NCBI GenBank assembly: GCA_964440985.1
Contig: CAYTWE010000007.1
Coordinates: 1 to 63,688 of the forward strand
From: an uncultured Lentisphaeraceae bacterium
Lineage (GTDB): Bacteria > Verrucomicrobiota > Kiritimatiellia > RFP12 > UBA1067
Direction: 5' to 3'
DNA: 63,688 bases
Made by a program: the position numbers and the translations under genes. The notes below the pieces were generated by a model that saw only the letters and a program-made list of their open reading frames with translations, was not told the DNA's origin and did not search any database. Positions 54,755 through 63,688 of this stretch are shown one piece after another. Position 1 is the stretch's first letter. Each line of letters starts with the position of its first letter.

Positions 54755-56775
54755 CACAGGAATCCCTTGCGTACGATGCGGGCGGTCCATCCGCCGCCGG
54801 GGGCGAGTTCAGCGGCGATCTTCGTGTCGGACGTGACAGTGCGGACGTCCTTCGCATAGTCCGTCGCCTCACGATCGGCGTTCACGCCGTCTGAGAATAT
54901 CTCAGCCCGCCACTTGCCTTCTCCGAGAAAACCGAGCGGCAGCTCGACCTTGCGCGGAGTCCACGAATTTATCGCCGAGACGTACCATTCATCCCCTTTG
55001 CGCCTGGCCACTGCGGCATATCCGTCCATATCTCCGCCAATTCCGATGGTGTCGTCCCACACGACAGGCACCTTCGCCATGAACGCAAGGCATTCCCTGT
55101 TGCGCAGGTACTGCGTGGCGGAATCGCAGAGCATCTGCATCGGCGCCTCACACAATGTCATCAGCGCCATCTGCCGCACACGCGTACCTTGGCTGCCGGG
55201 ATGCATGAAGTCCGGCCTGCACTGGCTCCTTGTCATGTTGCGCATCGCACCTGGCGTATAGTCCATTGGCCCTGCGCTCATGCGGCAGAAGAGGGAAAGA
55301 AGGTCGTTGCGCGGAAAATCCACACCGCTCTCGAACTTCATGTTCTCCAGGCCATGCACCCCTTCGTAGTTCAGGATGTTCGGATACGTGCGGCTCAATC
55401 CGGTCGGCTTGTGCATTCCGTGGTAGTTCAGCACGAGCTTCCAGTCGGCGGCAATCCTGGCCGTCTCCTCAAGAAAGCGTTCTACCTCCTGGTCGTCGCG
55501 ATCCATGAAATCTATCTTGAACCCCTTCGCGCCCATCTTGGCATATCTGCCGAACACCTCGTTCTGCCGTCCCACAAGTTGAGGCCATGCGCACCAGAGG
55601 ATAATGCCGACGCCACGGACATTCGCATACTTTATGAGATGCTGCACGTCGGTTTTCGGATTTATCTCCATGACGTCGAGGTTCTTTGACCATCCTTCGT
55701 CCATGATTACGTACTCAAGTCCGAACTCGGATGCGAAATCGATGATGTACTCGTATGTCGCTGTGTTGCATCCGGCCCTGAACGGAACGCCGGATACGTT
55801 CCAGCCGCTCCACCAGTCCCATGCCACCTTCCCGGGCCTTATCCAGTCCGTCTTCTTGAGTTTGCACGGCGTGGCGAGGGCGTACACGATGTCCGCCTCG
55901 CATAGCTTCGCCTCCGACGGCGCAAGCATGAACACTCGCCACGGATATGTGCGAGTTCCGACCGTTTCGGCAAGATGCCCAGCCCGTTCAGTGACACGGA
56001 TGTGTCGAAGAGGCTTTTCAGGTGAGCCGATGGCCTTGCCGTCCCGGTGCTCCGTTTTCAGCGGAAACCTCGCCATGTGCGCCGCAAGCGATGGCCTGTC
56101 GCCCTCCGCCCGCTTCAGGTTAAGCCCTGGATAGTCTATCAGATCGCTCTCGGTCATGCACATCACCGTTCCGTCGGAATGTTTCACCACAAGCGGAAGG
56201 TACACGACCTGTCCGGATGCCGCAACGTTCGCCGCATTCGTCTTCACGTACACGGACTCCCAGCTGCACTGCAGCGGATCGCCCCTGTCGCGGCAGTAGC
56301 CGGCGTAGACGGTGGCTTCCGGATCAGGAAACGAAATGCCGGCGGATTCGTTCAGAACCTTGGCGTTTCCGGGAAGCGACGTCTCAAACCTGTACGCAAC
56401 TCCGTCGTTTCTGGCGACGAGCGTCATGCCCCAACCGCCCTCAAAGACGACCTTCGTCCTGTTCGCTTTCCCGTCCACCGACGATTTCTTGTAGATGGGG
56501 GTCGGCACACTCTCCACGACGCTTGCGGCGTCAGACGATGCAACCTTGGCCGACGCACCACCCAAAACGCCTACCCCTTCCAGCTCCATCGATATCGGCG
56601 TTGGCGACACGCGCTCAACCCCGGTGCGATACACTGAATACGTCAGCACCGGCTCGGTTGCGATTCTTATTTCGTTCAGACCGTCAGGGCTTTTGACGCC
56701 TATCGTCTGCGCGGATGCGACGCCTGCGCAGACGATCAGCGCGATGCACGACGGGAAACGCACTGCTCCGCTCAT
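54751..56775 (-). CDS. Secreted GH97 glycoside hydrolase
   Basis: SPDG, NDGVAYRF, WIRPGKVAWDWW, GFKIDFMDRDDQ, EGVHGLE and GPMDYTPG motifs. Confidence 0.92.
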   Translation of the reverse strand: MSGAVRFPSCIALIVCAGVASAQTIGVKSPDGLNEIRIATEPVLTYSVYRTGVERVSPTPISMELEGVGVLGGASAKVASSDAASVVESVPTPIYKKSSVDGKANRTKVVFEGGWGMTLVARNDGVAYRFETSLPGNAKVLNESAGISFPDPEATVYAGYCRDRGDPLQCSWESVYVKTNAANVAASGQVVYLPLVVKHSDGTVMCMTESDLIDYPGLNLKRAEGDRPSLAAHMARFPLKTEHRDGKAIGSPEKPLRHIRVTERAGHLAETVGTRTYPWRVFMLAPSEAKLCEADIVYALATPCKLKKTDWIRPGKVAWDWWSGWNVSGVPFRAGCNTATYEYIIDFASEFGLEYVIMDEGWSKNLDVMEINPKTDVQHLIKYANVRGVGIILWCAWPQLVGRQNEVFGRYAKMGAKGFKIDFMDRDDQEVERFLEETARIAADWKLVLNYHGMHKPTGLSRTYPNILNYEGVHGLENMKFESGVDFPRNDLLSLFCRMSAGPMDYTPGAMRNMTRSQCRPDFMHPGSQGTRVRQMALMTLCEAPMQMLCDSATQYLRNRECLAFMAKVPVVWDDTIGIGGDMDGYAAVARRKGDEWYVSAINSWTPRKVELPLGFLGEGKWRAEIFSDGVNADREATDYAKDVRTVTSDTKIAAELAPGGGWTARIVRKGFLW

Positions 56776-59700
56776 TTCGCCACCGATCCTTCTGACCTCA
56801 GGCACTTCTCGATGTCAGCCTTCCAGACGGCAAGAGCCTTTGCATTGGGATGTACACCGTCAGGGAAGAGAGACAGAGGCAGGGCGGCGTTCACATCGCG
56901 GAACGTCACGTGCTTCCCGTCGGCGATCTTTTCGTAAAGCGCGTTCGCCGCCTTGTTGCGGAGGTTGCTCCACGTCAGCCGGCAGGGGAACGATGCGTAG
57001 AGCAGCACCTTGACGTCAGGCCTGCGGCGGCGCATTTCGTCAATCACAAGGCGCACACCTTCCGCCATGTCCTCCGGTCTGCATCCATGGTTGTTCGTGC
57101 CGAGGAGAAGCGCGACCGTCTTCACGGGGACGGAGTCAAGCTCGCCGTTCTTCACGCGCCAAAGTGTTTCCTGGATTGTGTCGTCAAAACGGTTCGCCGC
57201 GACCTGTCCGACGGCTGTTTCGACAATCTGGAACCCGGCCTCTCCCGTCGGCTTTACGGGAACGCAGGTGACAGGCGGCGGCAGACGGAGCGAATTCCCG
57301 CCGATGCGCTCTATTTCCTTGGCAAGCCTCTCCCTGTGCTCACGCATGAAGGATGGATCGGACGAGAAGTCGCGTTCGTTCCTGAACACGCTGTCCGGCA
57401 CCTTGAGCAGACCGTTGCCGGGGTCAAGCCTCCTCAGCATCGCAAAATACTCGTAATCCTCGATGCCGTCGCGGAGAATCGCCAACCTGTACGACGCATT
57501 TGGCGCATCGAACACCGGCTTGCGGTCTTTTGCGCGGGGTGTCGCCACCGTTGAGAGCGGAGGGTACACGAAGCGTCCGTCTCCGTTGCCCCACGTCCCG
57601 CCGGAAGAGCTCCACGCCATAGGGTCGTCGTATGGGTTCTGTGGGCTGTTCGGATCGGAATATTTCGACTTGCTCGACCACAGCGACGTCTCCCAGATGA
57701 GGATGCCGGTGACGTCACGCGCCCACGTCATCCACAGCCATGTGCGCAGTTCGCATCCGGCATGGTCGATGAACTCGGTGGGATACGGTGTGCGCGGTCC
57801 GCAGCAGATGTACCACCAGAACTGGTCGCCGCGGCTGCGCACATCCTTGTAGGCGTCCACATAGATAAGGTCAAGACGCGGATTCCAGAGATTCACGCCA
57901 TCCCAAAGTTCCTTGCTCGGCGATGCGGTGAGCATACGGCGGATTCCGGGAGCGTGACGCTTCAGCGTCATCATGCCGGCGTTGACCTGCTGATAGACGG
58001 ACGGCAGCGGCTCGTCGAACCAGTACACGTAGGAGGCGTCAAGCAGCCCCTTCTCGCGAAGATGGCGTTCTATGCCGCCAAGATATTTCGCCATGAGTGT
58101 GTGGTAAAGCGCATTCGTCTGCGGAACGCCGCAGATGCTGCCGATCTGAAACCCTTCCTGAAATCCGTATCCAAGCCCGCCGACACGGATGTTGAAGGCG
58201 TTGAATCCGAAGCGTCCCTTCATCTCCATGTGCGCATCGTCAAACTCGCTCCAGTCGAAGACAGGTTCTGCGCGGGACGGATCTCCCGCATTCCGCCACT
58301 TCACCGGGATGTCGCCGCCCTTGCCCCAGCGGTAGATGGAAATGCGGTAGTCGCTCATCATCTGCACGTACTTCTCAAGGATCGCATCATGCTCCGGCGA
58401 ACCGGGCTTCACGGCATGGTAGTCGGCGACACGCGAGGGCGAAAAGCCGAAAGCCGTCTCGCAGGTCATGCTGTCCGGAAGATCAAAGCCGAACACCTTC
58501 ACCTCGAACGGCACGGCGATGCGCTCTCTCCGCCCATCGGCGGCGTACTCAACCTGGACGTCAAGCGTACCGCGATAGATGCCCTTCGGCAACCCCTTCG
58601 GCGTCTTGACCGTGATCCAGAACGGCTGGCTCATCTGCGCCGCCACCGGGAACGCGGCGTCATCCTGCGGCAGTATGGGATCGGGCCACTCGCCCCTCGC
58701 TCCGGACTCATCCGTGGGAAGCTCCACCTGCACATAGCCAAGACGCTCCACCTTGACGGCGGACGACGCCAACCGTGCACGCTTCCAGAAACCCATCTTT
58801 TTCATGACAAGATCCGACGGCACAACGCGCACATCGCGCAGGGCGGCCTTCGGCGTGACGACAAGCTGAACGGACTCCGCTTCGTTTCCGGCCAGCGACA
58901 CCGTGAGTGCCTTGGCCTCCGCCTTCGGGAGCACTGCGCTTCTGAAAACCTTGACGTCTGCGACCGCCCCCCACAGGTCAACGCCAGGGACGGACGGGAG
59001 CTTCTTCGCGTTGGAATCCGCAATGGGCTCCATGAAAACCGGCGCCTTGACCTCGCCGTACGGCGCACCGGTCTCCGCATTCACATAGCGGCTCGCCCCG
59101 TAGAATCGCAGAGGCTCGCCGTCCACGATGCCCTCAAACGCATAATGGTCGATGTGAAGCGCAGTCTGCTGACCGCCGCGCAGACGCACAAACACCCGCT
59201 TCGCCGGAAAGATGTCGGACGGGATCGCGCAGCTCCACGTGCCCTTGTTCGTGATGGACGCAAAACCTCGCCAGTTTTTCCCGTCCAACGAAACCTCCAT
59301 CGACATGGGATTCTTGCCGGTGTAATACGTAACCGCAACCGATGCCGACCCCTTGCTGAAGGTGCGTCCGCCGACATCGTGCGCATACACCACCTCAGAA
59401 TCGGAGTATATGTTCCAGTGGCTCGTGTTGAACGAAGCCTTGTACCTGGAAAGAGGACGCGCATGATTCCTCGCGAAGCTCGCAAAAGCCGTGTCAAAGC
59501 GGTATACGTTTCCGAGCAGCGATTCGCCATGCCCGAGCGAAACGCCGCCGACCTCGGAATACTCCGGCTTCAGTTCGGAGAAGCGTCCCCCTTTGAAGGA
59601 GAACTCGCCTCTTCCGCGATAGTGTCCGAAGTGAAAGAAATCCTCATGCATCTCATTCGGATCTCCGGAAGTCATGTATGCCTGCTTGTACTCGTACCAT

Positions 59701-59969
59701 CCGGCATCCGGCCCCTGCCGGTCAACGTTGACGTCGCGGTTGCCGCCGAGCATCAGCCCCTCGCCAACCTCACGCCCGACATACTCGAACCCGTACACGG
59801 TCGCGGCCTTAACCCTGTACTTCGCCGAGGTGCTGTTTACGACATCGTTTGAACCGTTCCCCGTCATGGTGAGAACGCCTGAGACTGCGTTCGGGAACTC
59901 GACGTCAACAGCGACAGCCACTGCGGAGACTAATGCCGCAGACAACATCATGGAAAATTTTCCGTTCAT
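56772..59969 (-). CDS. Secreted DUF4091/GH123-like protein with a C-terminal SGNH-like domain
   Basis: AGNEAESVQL, WPDP, YWFDEP, WWYICCGP, GNGDGRFVYP and RDGIEDYEY. C-terminal LLGTNN and DGVHPN. Confidence 0.75.
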   Translation of the reverse strand: MNGKFSMMLSAALVSAVAVAVDVEFPNAVSGVLTMTGNGSNDVVNSTSAKYRVKAATVYGFEYVGREVGEGLMLGGNRDVNVDRQGPDAGWYEYKQAYMTSGDPNEMHEDFFHFGHYRGRGEFSFKGGRFSELKPEYSEVGGVSLGHGESLLGNVYRFDTAFASFARNHARPLSRYKASFNTSHWNIYSDSEVVYAHDVGGRTFSKGSASVAVTYYTGKNPMSMEVSLDGKNWRGFASITNKGTWSCAIPSDIFPAKRVFVRLRGGQQTALHIDHYAFEGIVDGEPLRFYGASRYVNAETGAPYGEVKAPVFMEPIADSNAKKLPSVPGVDLWGAVADVKVFRSAVLPKAEAKALTVSLAGNEAESVQLVVTPKAALRDVRVVPSDLVMKKMGFWKRARLASSAVKVERLGYVQVELPTDESGARGEWPDPILPQDDAAFPVAAQMSQPFWITVKTPKGLPKGIYRGTLDVQVEYAADGRRERIAVPFEVKVFGFDLPDSMTCETAFGFSPSRVADYHAVKPGSPEHDAILEKYVQMMSDYRISIYRWGKGGDIPVKWRNAGDPSRAEPVFDWSEFDDAHMEMKGRFGFNAFNIRVGGLGYGFQEGFQIGSICGVPQTNALYHTLMAKYLGGIERHLREKGLLDASYVYWFDEPLPSVYQQVNAGMMTLKRHAPGIRRMLTASPSKELWDGVNLWNPRLDLIYVDAYKDVRSRGDQFWWYICCGPRTPYPTEFIDHAGCELRTWLWMTWARDVTGILIWETSLWSSKSKYSDPNSPQNPYDDPMAWSSSGGTWGNGDGRFVYPPLSTVATPRAKDRKPVFDAPNASYRLAILRDGIEDYEYFAMLRRLDPGNGLLKVPDSVFRNERDFSSDPSFMREHRERLAKEIERIGGNSLRLPPPVTCVPVKPTGEAGFQIVETAVGQVAANRFDDTIQETLWRVKNGELDSVPVKTVALLLGTNNHGCRPEDMAEGVRLVIDEMRRRRPDVKVLLYASFPCRLTWSNLRNKAANALYEKIADGKHVTFRDVNAALPLSLFPDGVHPNAKALAVWKADIEKCLRSEGSVAK

Positions 59970-60007
59970 GGCAACAACCCCTTCCTTTTCAATCTATCAA
60001 CTTATCT

Positions 60008-60394
60008 TCATTTCTTCATTATCGGCATGACGAATCTCTTGCCCTCTTCAATCGACCACTGAACCTGCCAGGTGCCGCCGTCGATCTGGTCTATCAGGAT
60101 GAACGTCCAGATGTTCTCAGTCGGAACAAGGGCAAACCTTCCGACAGTGGCTTTCCTGCCCTTTGCAAGATCTTCATCGTTGATCACCATTGCACCGCGA
60201 TGTCCATTGTCGATGGCATACTGAATCTGCCACATCTTCCCGGTGACGGTGTCAAGCTGGATGAAATTGTAGATGTTAGTCGTCTTGTAGAGCCTGTAAT
60301 GGACGTCACCACCCGGGACGCTGTCCGCGCTGACCTTTCCAACCGGCGCCCAAAAGGCAAAAACAGACAGAAACAGGAAAAGACGCGCTCTCAT
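60008..60394 (-). CDS. Small secreted protein with two internal repeats
   Basis: Signal peptide; repeats YRLYKTTNIYNFIQLDTVTGKMWQIQY and FALVPTENIWTFILIDQIDGGTWQVQW. Confidence 0.75.
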   Translation of the reverse strand: MRARLFLFLSVFAFWAPVGKVSADSVPGGDVHYRLYKTTNIYNFIQLDTVTGKMWQIQYAIDNGHRGAMVINDEDLAKGRKATVGRFALVPTENIWTFILIDQIDGGTWQVQWSIEEGKRFVMPIMKK

Positions 60395-60765
60395 CCAGCC
60401 GCCTAATTGCGATGTAATCTTTTGTTGACGCATATGACTGAACACACAGACACCCGCTGCCGCAGGAAACTCATTTGTGTGCGGAATTCTATCAAATCGC
60501 GGCCGTACGCACAACACGGCCAGCCGCAAACGCTTGGCTGGAAAGTTGCAATGTCTCGTGGCGCAGTTTCAGACAAGGGGAAACAATGCCGATCCACGAA
60601 GAAGAAAGGACACCGCCATCATCCCCATATGGACGGCCGCCATCCTTTTGTGTGCACCGCCATTCCTGTGTGGATGACCGCCGCCAGTCGGGCGGGAACA
60701 GCACCCACGACGTATGCGGATATGGTGTGGCGTGGGTGCATCGTCAATGGAAGTTTACCGAAAGT

Positions 60766-61683
60766 CTACTGCATTCCGATGAGCGCCAGAGGATTCTCGC
60801 GGCCAATGGCAATGCATTCGTCCATGGTGAGACCGATGCGGTCGCGAAGAAGCCGCATCATGGCAGCCATGGGCGTTGTGGCGCCGACAAGACAGTTGCG
60901 GGCCGGATTCCACAGAAGACCGTTCGGCTCAAGCCTGGCATGGGCGCCGCAGACGTCATACTCGCCCGGCGGCATCCCGGCAGGATACTGCGCATCCGAC
61001 ACCGCGATGAGCCGCTTGAGCGGTACGGCCCGCGTGTAGACCTTCAGCAGAGTGTCCGGCAGATGATGTCCGTCGGGAATGAACATTACGCTGGCGCGAT
61101 CTTCGGCAAGAGCCGTGAATATGATGTTGCTGTGGCGGGGAATCATGTTTGGGATGCCGTTCCCAAGGTGCGTGAACGCCTTTGCTCCGGCTTCGATGCA
61201 CGGGGCGACATCCTCCGGCGTCGCGGCCATCTGGTGTCCAAGCGAGACGGCAATGCCTTCGGACGAAAGCCGTTTGACGAACTCAGGCATCCCCGGCATC
61301 TCCGCCGCGACGGTGATCAGACGCACAATGCCGCCGCTGGCGTCCTGAAGACGTCCGAAGAGTTCAACGGATGGCTTCGCCACCCACTCGATCGGATGCG
61401 TACCCACTGCGCCAGGTTCAGCCGATATGAACGGCCCTTCAAGATGGATGCCGAGGATGTTGCGCTCGCATCTGGCGCTTTCCCTGCGAGCCTGCGCTAT
61501 CGTGCGCAGCGTCTGCACCGACGTCTCCGGATTGCCGGTGATTACCGTAGGCAGATAACCGTCGGTGCCGTCCTGCTCAAGCCGCTCGGTGACGGCGATC
61601 ACCTGCGCAACCGTAAGTCCAGGAGCGTTGAAATCAACGCCGCCGTACCCGTTGATCTGCAGATCAATCCATTTCTCTTTCAT
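60766..61683 (-). CDS. nagA: N-acetylglucosamine-6-phosphate deacetylase (short form)
   Basis: IDLQINGYGG, GIHLEGPFIS, THLGNG, DGHH and VSDA motifs; SD AAGGAGG. Confidence 0.88.
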   Translation of the reverse strand: MKEKWIDLQINGYGGVDFNAPGLTVAQVIAVTERLEQDGTDGYLPTVITGNPETSVQTLRTIAQARRESARCERNILGIHLEGPFISAEPGAVGTHPIEWVAKPSVELFGRLQDASGGIVRLITVAAEMPGMPEFVKRLSSEGIAVSLGHQMAATPEDVAPCIEAGAKAFTHLGNGIPNMIPRHSNIIFTALAEDRASVMFIPDGHHLPDTLLKVYTRAVPLKRLIAVSDAQYPAGMPPGEYDVCGAHARLEPNGLLWNPARNCLVGATTPMAAMMRLLRDRIGLTMDECIAIGRENPLALIGMQ

Positions 61684-61774
61684 GGCATCGTCCTCCTTGC
61701 TGACACCCAACACCGCGTGTCAGCGGGCAATTATACCACAAACGCCCAATCGCAGGCCGGCGGCCCGAAGCAGC

Positions 61775-62419
61775 TCAACGGATACATTCCGGATGCGGAC
61801 GGTACACTATCGCCGGATTGTTCGTGCGCAGGGAAAACGAATCTCCGGTCGCCCTGTTGAGCGTTCCGCTCCACAACGTCTTGAGCGAGACTCCGTCAAG
61901 TTTCCACTCCAACCCCTCAGATCCCATTTCCGTATCCGGAAATGGAGCAAACACGCTCACAGGCATTCCGGCATATGACGACCAGGATCGCCCCGGCGGA
62001 AGGAGCGGCTCGAACACTCCGCCATCCGTCACGATCGACACATCCGGCTTCAGCATTGCAAAATCCGCAAGATGGAATATGTTTCCGATCATATGGTCGT
62101 CGCGTTTGCCGGTGGCGCCGAGGATGACAATTCCGTCGCCGTCCTCAGATGATTTTGACATGACGTGCCGAAATGCCTTGCAGAGGTCGTTGGTGTCCTG
62201 TTCGCTGTCTATCACGAGCGGTATCCCAAGGGCGGCAAGCTCCTCCCGATCGCCGCCGCCAAGCGAATCACCGTCGCCGACTACGGCATCAGGCATTCGC
62301 CCAATGGCGACCGCAGTCCTCCAGGCGCCGTCACAGGCGACAAGCCTATCCGCCGTGCGCAGACATGAAAGCGGAATCTCATGCGTCGGCGCGGCACCCG
62401 ATGCCAATATGGCAGTCAC
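61775..62419 (-). CDS. thiN: Thiamine pyrophosphokinase
   Basis: VACDGA, VVGDGDS, EQDTNDLCKA, LGATGKRDDH and GTLN motifs. Start approximate (GTG 62419). Confidence 0.88.
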   Translation of the reverse strand: MTAILASGAAPTHEIPLSCLRTADRLVACDGAWRTAVAIGRMPDAVVGDGDSLGGGDREELAALGIPLVIDSEQDTNDLCKAFRHVMSKSSEDGDGIVILGATGKRDDHMIGNIFHLADFAMLKPDVSIVTDGGVFEPLLPPGRSWSSYAGMPVSVFAPFPDTEMGSEGLEWKLDGVSLKTLWSGTLNRATGDSFSLRTNNPAIVYRPHPECIR

Positions 62420-62505
62420 ACGGCTCTCCCAGTGCGACTGCACATCGCCATGGCAACACTGCAAAACCAAGGCTTCATCTGCATGGTCTTTCCATGCGTG
62501 ATGCG

Positions 62506-63648
62506 TCAACCCTGCTTGGCCTTCATCTGAAGCCAGGCTTCAATGAACGGCTGGATGTGTCCGTCCATCACACCGTTCACGTCGCTTGTCTCGTATTCCG
62601 TACGCAGATCCTTCACCATCGTGTACGGACAGAACACATACGAGCGTATCTGGCTGCCCCACCCGTTCTCGCTCTTCGCACCGTAGAAGCGATCCATCTC
62701 AGCCTTCTTCTGGTCTTCGTAGTATTCGTACAGCTGGGCGCGGAGCATGTTCATCGCCTTTTCCTTGTTCATGTGCTGCGAACGCTCCTTCTGGCAGGCC
62801 ACAACGATTCCGGTTGGAAGATGCGTGAGACGCACTGCGGAATCCGTCTTGTTCACGTGCTGTCCGCCCGCACCGCCGCTGCGGTACGTATCTATGCGCA
62901 GATCCTCGTCCTTGATCTCCACGTCGATGTCATCGTTGATCTCCGCGACGGTCTCCATCGACGCGAAGGACGTCTGCCTGCGTTTGTTCGCGTCGAATGG
63001 CGATATGCGGACGAGACGGTGGATTCCGCGCTCCGCCTTCAGCATTCCGAACGAGTACGGTCCTTCTACGCGGAAGTAGACATCCTTAAGCCCCGCCTCT
63101 TCTCCAGGCTGGCTGTCGTACTCCTCTATCTTCCATCCCTGATCTTCCGCGTAGCGCTTGTACATCCGGTAGAGCATCGACACCCAGTCGCAGGCCTCTG
63201 TTCCGCCCTGTCCGGCATGGAGCTTTACGAACACGTTGCAGGCATCGAACTTGCCGCCGAGAAGCGACTGAAGCCGTATCTTTGAGAAGTAGCCGTCCGC
63301 CTTCGCGCACTCTGCGAGAGTGTCCTTTAGGGCATCCTGCTGAGCCTCGCCCTCCTCCATCTCGGCCAGTTCCAGCATTACGCCGGCATCCTCAACGGTC
63401 TTGACGAGCGCATCAAACGGCACGGTATACGCCCTCTCCGCATTCGTTGCGGCGATTACGTCCTTGGCCTTCGCCTGGTTCCCCCAGAAATCTGGATCCG
63501 CCTGCTGAGCCTCAAGTTCCGCGAGCCTCTTGCGGCGATCCTCTATGCCGATGTACTCCGACATCTCCGCCACGGACACCTTGAGCGCTCCCACCCGGTC
63601 ACGCACGGCTTCAGTCTCAAGAAGCCTCTCTTTCGTTTCTTCAGCCAT
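62506..63648 (-). CDS. prfB: Peptide chain release factor 2
   Basis: GQGGTEACDW, RISPFD (SPF motif), GGQ and QIRSYV; single uninterrupted ORF. Confidence 0.96.
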   Translation of the reverse strand: MAEETKERLLETEAVRDRVGALKVSVAEMSEYIGIEDRRKRLAELEAQQADPDFWGNQAKAKDVIAATNAERAYTVPFDALVKTVEDAGVMLELAEMEEGEAQQDALKDTLAECAKADGYFSKIRLQSLLGGKFDACNVFVKLHAGQGGTEACDWVSMLYRMYKRYAEDQGWKIEEYDSQPGEEAGLKDVYFRVEGPYSFGMLKAERGIHRLVRISPFDANKRRQTSFASMETVAEINDDIDVEIKDEDLRIDTYRSGGAGGQHVNKTDSAVRLTHLPTGIVVACQKERSQHMNKEKAMNMLRAQLYEYYEDQKKAEMDRFYGAKSENGWGSQIRSYVFCPYTMVKDLRTEYETSDVNGVMDGHIQPFIEAWLQMKAKQG

Positions 63649-63688
63649 TCTACCTCTTCCAAGTTAAACCGTTGCGTATTCTACCACA

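Overview
GC-rich, gene-dense bacterial chromosomal segment, mostly on the minus strand. It most resembles an anaerobic gut or rumen PVC-superphylum organism (Kiritimatiellae-like); this is an inference from gene style, not a database result. Housekeeping genes: rpmI-rplT, prmA, lepA, prfB, a UvrD-like helicase, folD, plsY, psd-pssA, maf, a menA-like prenyltransferase, thiN, nagA, tRNA-Met and tRNA-Ala. Sulfur genes: metY, cysK, a sulfite/nitrite reductase and a YeiH transporter. Also present are buk-pta, rubredoxin-rubrerythrin and many CAZymes (GH20 x2, GH36, GH31, GH97, GH105, CE7, DUF4091). I found no integrase, transposase, prophage or CRISPR array. Most interesting signals: (1) an unannotated, highly structured ~250-nt minus-strand ncRNA at ~5641-5889 with its own canonical sigma70 promoter and intrinsic terminator; (2) a 71-aa very basic, ribosomal-protein-like ORF between tRNA-Met and prmA; (3) a 653-aa unknown protein with a degenerate HipA/PI4K-like kinase signature; (4) a LolA-like gene plus a fused MMPL/acyltransferase gene; (5) frequent leaderless promoters, including a palindromic bidirectional one; (6) a poly(A)-containing promoter upstream of a large surface protein; (7) prfB without its frameshift.
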